From positions 10,496 to 74,495 of the forward strand of contig JBLFWR010000004.1 in the NCBI GenBank assembly GCA_047611725.1: a stretch of 64,000 nt of DNA, read 5' to 3'. Source of the DNA: Candidatus Binatia bacterium. Lineage in GTDB: Bacteria; Desulfobacterota; Binatia; UBA1149; CAITLU01. Under the pieces are notes generated by a model, which was not told the DNA's origin, ran no database searches, and saw only the letters and a list, made by a program, of their open reading frames with translations. Of this stretch, positions 7,242-13,660 are shown piece after piece (position 1 is the first letter of the stretch; each line of letters opens with the position of its first letter). The position numbers were made by a program, and so were the translations under genes.

Positions 7242-8765
7242 CTACAGCGGAACGACAGCTACGGTGACGTCAATGGTATTGAAGTCAAAGCCGTTACCGT
7301 CAGGATCGCCAGCGTCGTCGATTACAACCCCGAAATCACCCGCCGAGGGTGTTCCGTTGAAGCGGCAGCGCGCGATCTCGGTCGGTCCGTCAAACCCGAA
7401 CAGCGCGATGTAGCCGACGTTCAGCAGGCTGTCTCCGGTGATGTCGTTGAACACCGGTAAAACACTACCGCCGATCGAATCGGTACAATCCACATCACCG
7501 TCGATGTCGACAAAGGTGCCAGCCGCGCCACTGTAATCAACACCGAACTGCAAGGCCCCGAAGGTCAGGGCATTGCTGACGCTGAAGACGATCTCGGAAA
7601 CCGGGCCACTAGCTTCGGTGGTTGTGGTCGTGGAGCTCGTCGTCGTCGGAGCGACATTCGTGGTCGTCGTCGTTCCGCCATCAAGCGTGGTGGTCGTCGG
7701 CTCCAACGTGGTGCTGGTAGTCCCAACCACATTGATTTGGCTCGGGATAACCGACGGGGTGAATCCGAACTCATTGCCGTCCGGGTCCGTTGCGTCGGTG
7801 ATCGTGATGTCGAAGTCGTCGGCAACCGGGCAGATAGCCCCGTTGAACGTGCATTCGACGATGTCGGCAGGACCTTGGATCCCGGCGATGCTGATCACGC
7901 CTACGGTCAGGATCTGCAGGCTTTCTTTGTCGTTGGCTGACGGAACCGATTGGCTTACTAGGAAAGCGCATTCAACGTCTGCTCCCATTCCGGCGAAGCC
8001 GCCCGGTGCATCTGCATAGTCGATATCGAACTGCAGAGAACCGAAGAGAGCGGCGTCTTCGACGCGAAAGACAACGTTGCACTGAACTGCCGGGGGCAGT
8101 GTCACGCTGGTTGTCGTCGACGAAGACGTTGTCGTGGTCGGAGGGATGGTGGTCGTAACTGGCGGCAACGTGGTCGTCGTGTCGGAGACCGTCGTCGTCG
8201 TCGAAGTCGTGGTGCTGTTGAAGTTGCAAGGTGCAACGTTCTCACAGACCGGATCTTCACAATCGGTCAGACCATTGCCGTCGTCATCCACGTCGTTGTC
8301 GCAATTTTCGCAAGACAAGGGGTTTGGATCGCGATCGATGCACAGCGGAGGCGTTTCGTCACAGCCAGCAACGGAACACTCGCAAATCGCGGTGGTGGCC
8401 GCTTCGAGGGCGTCGATGTTGAGGCCGCTGTCGAACACGCAGCTAAACAGTGCCGAGATCTCATCGATGGTGCAGCTGTCGATAGTCACGGTCAGCAGAT
8501 TGCCGTCCAGATCGATGTCGGATTGGCAGCCGTCGAGTGAGCTCGCCAAGTCGCAATTGGCGGCGCCGAGATCGTCGGTGTCAATGCTGGCGCCAGCGGC
8601 GTCCAGATCAACAGTCACGACTACACGGCCACAATCGCCGTCACCGACGATGCCGAAGAAAATTCTAATTAGTCCGCTACCACCGCCATCGTCACAACCG
8701 CCAACGGCAAAGCCGAGCGAGAGGACAAGGGCGCCAAGACCTAGCTTGCGCATCCAACCTTTCAT
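7242..8765 (-). CDS. Lipoprotein with a Cys-rich N-terminal region, Thr-rich linkers and two two-Cys modules
   Basis: 507-aa ORF with ATG 7 nt after AAGGAG and lipobox LGFAVGG|CDD. The N-terminal region includes CENCDNDVDDDGNGLTDCEDPVC. Linkers are STTTSTTTTVSDTTTTLPPVTTTIPPTTTTSSSTTTS and similar. Modules lie at about 7725-8087 (GSLQFDIDYADAPGGF...VEC...IVECTFNG) and 7245-7604 (GALQFGVDYSGAAGTF...VDC...IARCRFNG). Confidence 0.85.
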   Translation of the reverse strand: MKGWMRKLGLGALVLSLGFAVGGCDDGGGSGLIRIFFGIVGDGDCGRVVVTVDLDAAGASIDTDDLGAANCDLASSLDGCQSDIDLDGNLLTVTIDSCTIDEISALFSCVFDSGLNIDALEAATTAICECSVAGCDETPPLCIDRDPNPLSCENCDNDVDDDGNGLTDCEDPVCENVAPCNFNSTTTSTTTTVSDTTTTLPPVTTTIPPTTTTSSSTTTSVTLPPAVQCNVVFRVEDAALFGSLQFDIDYADAPGGFAGMGADVECAFLVSQSVPSANDKESLQILTVGVISIAGIQGPADIVECTFNGAICPVADDFDITITDATDPDGNEFGFTPSVIPSQINVVGTTSTTLEPTTTTLDGGTTTTTNVAPTTTSSTTTTTEASGPVSEIVFSVSNALTFGALQFGVDYSGAAGTFVDIDGDVDCTDSIGGSVLPVFNDITGDSLLNVGYIALFGFDGPTEIARCRFNGTPSAGDFGVVIDDAGDPDGNGFDFNTIDVTVAVVPL

Positions 8766-9085
8766 CAGTTAACTCCTTATCTACCTAATTCGACTATTTC
8801 GACTTTGTGCGGATTGGCTTTGCCGACTCACTAGAGCCGGGACCAAACTCTCCAAAAACTGGAGTATTCGCGGGATATTAGAACCAAGGTTTAGCCGTGA
8901 GCTTAGGCGATTGTCAAGCAGGGGTAAGCTGCCCGGCAAGATCACGCGGGTCTGGGCCTTCAGTTGCGTTGAGGGCTTTTTCGGAGCTATACGCGATGAA
9001 CGGTGGCAGGAATACCTGTGCTGCCGGATCTGTATCGGGCGCCGGCAGAATTGAGCGCCCCATTTCCCAGAGTCCAGGAGGACCC

Positions 9086-10210
9086 ATGCAACCGACCGAG
9101 TCGTTGATTGCGGCCAGCCGCAGCCGTAGCCCATTGCGAATCGCAACCGTCGCGACCGCGATAACACTAGCTTTTGCCCCAGCGCAGGCCCCGGCCTTTT
9201 TCCAATCGACCTCGCTTGAGGGCGGTATCGGCCACGATATCAGTGGTGTTTGGCTGGCGATGCATCATGTTTTGCCGGAATTTCGAATCCGCTTCGAAAA
9301 GCCCCAAGATACTGAAATTCCTTCGGAATATGTCCCCTTCAAGGTTGGCCCGGTGCCTGCCGATCTCTCCAAAGCTTTAGGCCCCGGGGCGGCCGGGGTT
9401 GCGGTCACCGAAATCACCGACAGCGCCTTGGCCAATCGCTATGGGATCTATCCCGGAGATGTGATCCGCAAGATTGGCAGCTACAGCGTTAGGGACGTGG
9501 ATAGTTGGCAAGAGGGCCTTGAGAACGCCCCCAAGGTGATTCTGCTCACGGTACGTCGCCCGAGCCTGAAACAGTCGAAGGGGCGGCTATTCAAGCTCAC
9601 GTATGAGGCGAGCAGCGCCACGGAACAGGTGGGCGACGGAAGTGAAACCGTGGTTGCTGAGGAGACCTTCAAAGTCGAAGTTCTCGATGTTGCACTGCCC
9701 GGTGACGCGGTTGCTGAAGAACAGCGCAAGAAGTCGGAGTTCTGGGAGCCTTCGGCGGCCGACATTGAGGCGCTGCGGGCCGAGTGGTTCAAGTTGTCGA
9801 TGGTCAAACCTCTTCGGTTTTTACGGGGCGATACCCGGGTTGTCGCGTCGTCTCACTACGGTGCGGATCTCGCCGGTGACTCCAATACGAAAGACACGCT
9901 TTTCGCGATGGTGCTCAAACTGGAGGCGAATCCCGTCGGCGCGGGCGGGGGGCAGTTGGTCGATATTTACGGTATCCGAGAGATCAACGGCGCAGAGATC
10001 GCAGGTACTTACGTAACCGCGCTCATCGCGCGGGCACCGTTCCCGATCAGTGTTGAGTTCAAAGGAAATTTCACGATGACCCGGCTTGATGATCTTTCTG
10101 ATCGCGATGTTGCTTGGCGGAAGGAAAATTCCAAGAATGCTGCCGACCGGGAAGCGGAAGATCTAGACAAGTTCGAGCTGGCCCCGGATATTCCGACCGA
10201 CCTGCAGTAA
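9086..10210 (+). CDS. Secreted PDZ-domain protein, function unknown
   Basis: ORF 8897..10210. The internal ATG at 9086 follows CAGGAGGA and gives a signal-like N-terminus (LRIATVATAITLAFAPAQA). PDZ-like segment GIYPGDVIRKIGSYSVRDVDSWQEGLENAPKVILLTVRR. Confidence 0.65.
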   Translation: MQPTESLIAASRSRSPLRIATVATAITLAFAPAQAPAFFQSTSLEGGIGHDISGVWLAMHHVLPEFRIRFEKPQDTEIPSEYVPFKVGPVPADLSKALGPGAAGVAVTEITDSALANRYGIYPGDVIRKIGSYSVRDVDSWQEGLENAPKVILLTVRRPSLKQSKGRLFKLTYEASSATEQVGDGSETVVAEETFKVEVLDVALPGDAVAEEQRKKSEFWEPSAADIEALRAEWFKLSMVKPLRFLRGDTRVVASSHYGADLAGDSNTKDTLFAMVLKLEANPVGAGGGQLVDIYGIREINGAEIAGTYVTALIARAPFPISVEFKGNFTMTRLDDLSDRDVAWRKENSKNAADREAEDLDKFELAPDIPTDLQ

Positions 10211-10247
10211 CGACGTTGAATCCCGTGAGGCCTTGAGCTTCACGCAG

Positions 10248-10286
10248 AAGGGCCCGCACCAATCATATTGGTGCGGGCCCTTTTCG
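10248..10286 (+). terminator. Rho-independent terminator after the PDZ gene
   Basis: 13-bp perfect stem aagggcccgcacc / ggtgcgggccctt with a 9-nt loop, followed by ttttcgtt. Confidence 0.75.
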
Positions 10287-10303
10287 TTATTGCCGATAGA
10301 GCG

Positions 10304-10368
10304 ACGTGTCGTCCCGGTGGGCAGGGTTAGGTCGCAACTTGCGACCCCCTTCCGCCGGGACGACACGT
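10304..10368 (-). terminator. Nested (hairpin-within-hairpin) structure immediately after the stop of the 990-aa gene
   Basis: The outer 14-bp perfect arms acgtgtcgtcccgg (10304-10317) and ccgggacgacacgt (10355-10368) enclose an inner 7-bp hairpin ggtcgca-act-tgcgacc (10330-10346). The structure starts 6 nt after the TAG at 10374-10376. No clear U-tract. Confidence 0.45.
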
Positions 10369-10373
10369 ATCAG

Positions 10374-13346
10374 CTATGGTAGCGACGGAACGTTCAGGAC
10401 CGACGTTCCTCCTTGGCGCAACCGACCCATTCCAGGCAAGCCCGCTGTTGAGTTCACTGCTACCGACGTTGTCGCCGGTACGCAGTAGTTCGCAACGGTG
10501 AAGAAGTTAGTCGGATCTGCGTTACCGTTAAGCGTATCTCCACCCTCAACCTGATGGTCTGGCAGGTAGCACAAAGCGACATCAGCCACGCAGATACCGG
10601 CGCCGGGAACGATCTCGTCGCAGTTCTGGGTCGTGTTTTCGTCTTCGGGCTGGCACGGGAGCGACTCAAACTCTCCGCTACAGTGGAATGTCTTGCCAGC
10701 GCCACACACCCCGGCGTCAGGATCTACCACGTCGCAGGGGAATCCAGCGCAGTCGAAGGTGTCACCACAGACCAGGCCATCTTGGCTGCCGCCGTTACAC
10801 TGTCCAGAAGGTAGGCAAAGCGGAACACACCGACCGCTCGGACAAGCGTCGCCACAGACGCCGTCGCCAGGGGTGACAAGGGTGTCGCAATCGGCGTTAA
10901 CCGAACAGCTGTTGAGGCTCTTTTCGGGATCGCCCGCTGTGCAATGCACTGGGGTATCCGTACAGGTGCCTCCAGGGCAATCGCTGTCCTCGTCGCAGGC
11001 AGCGGTGCTGTTACTACAGGTCGTAAAAATCCCACTCCCGGTGTTGCCTGTCACACAGCCCTGGCCGAGTTCCGCGCCAGCATTGCATGAGGCGTTACAC
11101 TTGTTTGGCTTGGTCCGTATTGAGCCAGTACCCAGGACACAGTTGCAGTCAAAGTTCTCGAAACCTTGAGCATCGCAGGCACCAGGGAAGGGCAGTGCTA
11201 CTAGCTCGCTAGTTGTCGGTTGAAATAGGATCTGCAAGCCAGCTCCGGAAATGTTTTTCCCGACCAAGGGCTGACAGTCTACCGAAGTGGTCCCGAAATT
11301 AGTGAATGCCTCGACCCGACACGTGTCTCCTGCATCGATTCCCTGAGCGCAAATCAAGTCAAGCTGACAAGGCCCTCCAGCGCAGCTCGGAGTCGCTGTG
11401 CTGCAGACTTCTTCTGGCCCTGGGCAATCCGAGTCGAAACGACAATCGAGTCCCCAACATTCCCCGCCATCGGTACAATCGCCATTGGCTGTGCAGATAG
11501 TGCCGTCGTTGCTGCCAAAACGGCACTCAAGGGTGTCGCCACAGGTTCCTTCACACCGTTCCTCGTTGCGGTCGCCACCAAGACAGTACCCGCCGCATGT
11601 CGGACAAGGACTTGTCTGCGTGGTGCCGAGGAAAACCTTGGCTCGCAGTTCGTAGTTGATTATGTGCTCACCCGTAACGTGGTTGGCGGTGCCCTCCACG
11701 TCGGAGAAATACTCATTTCTCACGCAAGTCTGGGTTCCACTCGAGGACAGAGGAAGCGGCGCGCCGTTGGTGAGGACCACGCACATTGCCGCGCTGTTAC
11801 AGCGCCCCCGGCACACTTCACTCTCGGCACAATCCGACTGTCTGACGCACGGCCCGGTTGGCGATCCGCCAGTATCGTAGCACTGGGCGTTGCAGTCCGA
11901 CTCGCCGGTACACGACGCTCCGGCATTAGTGGTGAAGGCGTCGCACTGGGCGCAGTCGGCGTCTTCATGCTTGCCATCTACATCACCGAAAGCATCGCAG
12001 CTGGGATCACCAAGATCGAGTCCCCAGTCACAACGCGGCTCTGTTTGCGCGAACACGGTGCAAATCGGGTCGGTTGAAACGCCGATACATGTTGCCGTGT
12101 CGATAGCGTCGAACTCGGTACAGTCACAATTAGTGACCGCGGTGATAAACCCAGCTCGGTCCGGGACACCGGCGTTGTGAGCCAAGCCGGTCCAGCCGCT
12201 GTCAAGCTTTGCTGCAAATCCATCAACAAACCGACGCGCGCGCGGAATATCTCCGCAGGTGCACTCGAACGCATCGCCCGGAGGCAAGCAGTTCCCAACG
12301 CAGGCCGAGTCTTCGGTCCCATCACATTCCTCGCCGATCAGCGCGAACTGGTTTCGAACCGGATTCACGCGATTGTCGCCGCAAAAAGACTTGACGCTAA
12401 GCGGGTAGGCCGCGTTGATGATACTCGTGGGGAGGAATTCCGTTTCCCCGGGGCCTTCGGTCGTTGACCCGGCCTCCATAGCTACGTCTGATAGACATGC
12501 CTGCGCCGCCTCGACCGTCGTGACTCCGCCGACGCCTAGTCCGCATAGATCAAGTACTGTCAGTGTTTCCACGGTGCACTTCTTAGGAATGGCGTCGACG
12601 AGCTTCTGGATCGCTTTCGCTACTTTCTCAGAAGTCTTTTGGTCTGCGACCTGGCAGTTGGTGGTCGTCACCGTAACCGGCTCTCCTGGAACTAGGGCCG
12701 TACGGTTGACCTTGTCTCGACACTTGGCGACGGTTTTGCCGATCGAAGCGGCAGTTTTGCCAACGGTTAAACCCAGAGCGAACATACACTTCTCGGCTTC
12801 TTTGGTGAGCCCGCTTTCGGAGTCGATGCTGCCAGCCACGTTGGCAAGGATCGACTCGGCGATTTGCTCGGCGGCATCAGACACACAATTCCCGATGTCG
12901 GCGGCGTCGGTGATCTCTCCGCAGAGTGACCCCGGGAATCCAATTTTTGAGGCATTCATTGGCTTGGCTTTAGCCCCTGCAGTGCAGATTTCGGGGCTCG
13001 AGCCGTTGGGTGGGCAGGCTTGGCTGTCGATACAGAGCAAACCTGAAACGGAGCAAGTGCTGACGCACTTTTTCCCAGCGAGCTTGACCGCTTTTGCCCG
13101 GGCCTTTGTGATTTTCAACGACGCTTTGGCGTCAGGGCACGACGCAGCCGGATTGGAGAGAAGGCACTTGACGCCATCTTTCGCCGCGTTTTGAACTAGC
13201 TTGGCGGCGCTTTTTGCCATGATGCCAGTACACTTGGCTTCAATCTGGCTGAATGCCTGAGCGTGGGCGTTGCCTGGGGCAACTAGCGCAAACGCCAAGG
13301 CTGTGAGAACCGCCATTGATGTGGCGGCGGTGTGAAAACGTTTCAT
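10374..13346 (-). CDS. Secreted, extremely Cys-rich protein (paralogue 2) with an N-terminal helical Cys-ladder domain
   Basis: 990-aa ORF with ATG shortly after GGAGGAG and signal peptide ...LVAPGNAHAQ|A. The first ~300 aa are Lys/Ala-rich with spaced Cys. Then come an FCGDN...EECDG Myxococcus-repeat-like segment and the shared core motifs DSGWTGLAHN, GAPLPLSSSGTQTC, SPCPTCGG, NISGAGLQI and YCVPATTSVAVNSTAGLPG. Confidence 0.85.
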   Translation of the reverse strand: MKRFHTAATSMAVLTALAFALVAPGNAHAQAFSQIEAKCTGIMAKSAAKLVQNAAKDGVKCLLSNPAASCPDAKASLKITKARAKAVKLAGKKCVSTCSVSGLLCIDSQACPPNGSSPEICTAGAKAKPMNASKIGFPGSLCGEITDAADIGNCVSDAAEQIAESILANVAGSIDSESGLTKEAEKCMFALGLTVGKTAASIGKTVAKCRDKVNRTALVPGEPVTVTTTNCQVADQKTSEKVAKAIQKLVDAIPKKCTVETLTVLDLCGLGVGGVTTVEAAQACLSDVAMEAGSTTEGPGETEFLPTSIINAAYPLSVKSFCGDNRVNPVRNQFALIGEECDGTEDSACVGNCLPPGDAFECTCGDIPRARRFVDGFAAKLDSGWTGLAHNAGVPDRAGFITAVTNCDCTEFDAIDTATCIGVSTDPICTVFAQTEPRCDWGLDLGDPSCDAFGDVDGKHEDADCAQCDAFTTNAGASCTGESDCNAQCYDTGGSPTGPCVRQSDCAESEVCRGRCNSAAMCVVLTNGAPLPLSSSGTQTCVRNEYFSDVEGTANHVTGEHIINYELRAKVFLGTTQTSPCPTCGGYCLGGDRNEERCEGTCGDTLECRFGSNDGTICTANGDCTDGGECWGLDCRFDSDCPGPEEVCSTATPSCAGGPCQLDLICAQGIDAGDTCRVEAFTNFGTTSVDCQPLVGKNISGAGLQILFQPTTSELVALPFPGACDAQGFENFDCNCVLGTGSIRTKPNKCNASCNAGAELGQGCVTGNTGSGIFTTCSNSTAACDEDSDCPGGTCTDTPVHCTAGDPEKSLNSCSVNADCDTLVTPGDGVCGDACPSGRCVPLCLPSGQCNGGSQDGLVCGDTFDCAGFPCDVVDPDAGVCGAGKTFHCSGEFESLPCQPEDENTTQNCDEIVPGAGICVADVALCYLPDHQVEGGDTLNGNADPTNFFTVANYCVPATTSVAVNSTAGLPGMGRLRQGGTSVLNVPSLP

Positions 13347-13410
13347 AATTAGGTTCTCCTCCTAGAGATCAGGGCGCGCAGCGCGAAAGCCCCAAAACCG
13401 ATTTGCAATG

Positions 13411-13431
13411 CCAGCCCTAACTTAGGGCTGG
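13411..13431. promoter_or_regulatory. Perfect 10-bp palindrome upstream of the 990-aa gene (operator or 5-prime-UTR hairpin candidate)
   Basis: ccagccctaa-c-ttagggctgg lies 65-85 nt upstream of the start codon at 13346, inside a 314-bp non-coding gap. Confidence 0.25.
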
Positions 13432-13575
13432 ACTCAGAAGTCTTTGACTGGTCGTCTCCCGCTTTCTCGTCAAGGCACGCCCAAGACACGCCCGACAGCG
13501 ACCCTATACCTAAAGACCCGGACAGGGCCATGTCAAGGTCGAAAGATAGGAACACTGCCTGGCTTGCCTAAATGA

Positions 13576-13610
13576 AGAAGGCCCCCGACGCGATGCGCCG
13601 AGGGCCTTCA
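13576..13610 (-). terminator. Terminator candidate after the 702-aa gene
   Basis: Hairpin gaaggccc...gggccttc (8-bp outer stem with extra internal pairing). On the minus strand ttcattt follows. It lies about 50 nt downstream of the stop at 13661. Confidence 0.5.
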
Positions 13611-13660
13611 GTGGTTCGGTTGGAGTCCGAGGCCGACAAAGCCGGCTTCAGGCTACGTTG

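Noticed and set aside
8897-9085. Upstream extensions of several ORFs (8897-9085, 15922-16005, 22278-22418, 29384-29560, 37551-37748, 50444-50500).
   Set aside because: The extensions are Arg/Gly/Pro-rich with no motifs, and they overlap divergent promoters or terminator hairpins. In each case an internal start with a Shine-Dalgarno sequence, a signal peptide or the conserved family N-terminus is available.
13349-13555. 68-aa ORF in the gap between the 990-aa and 702-aa genes.
   Set aside because: No start context, signal or motif. It overlaps the probable promoter/leader of the 990-aa gene.
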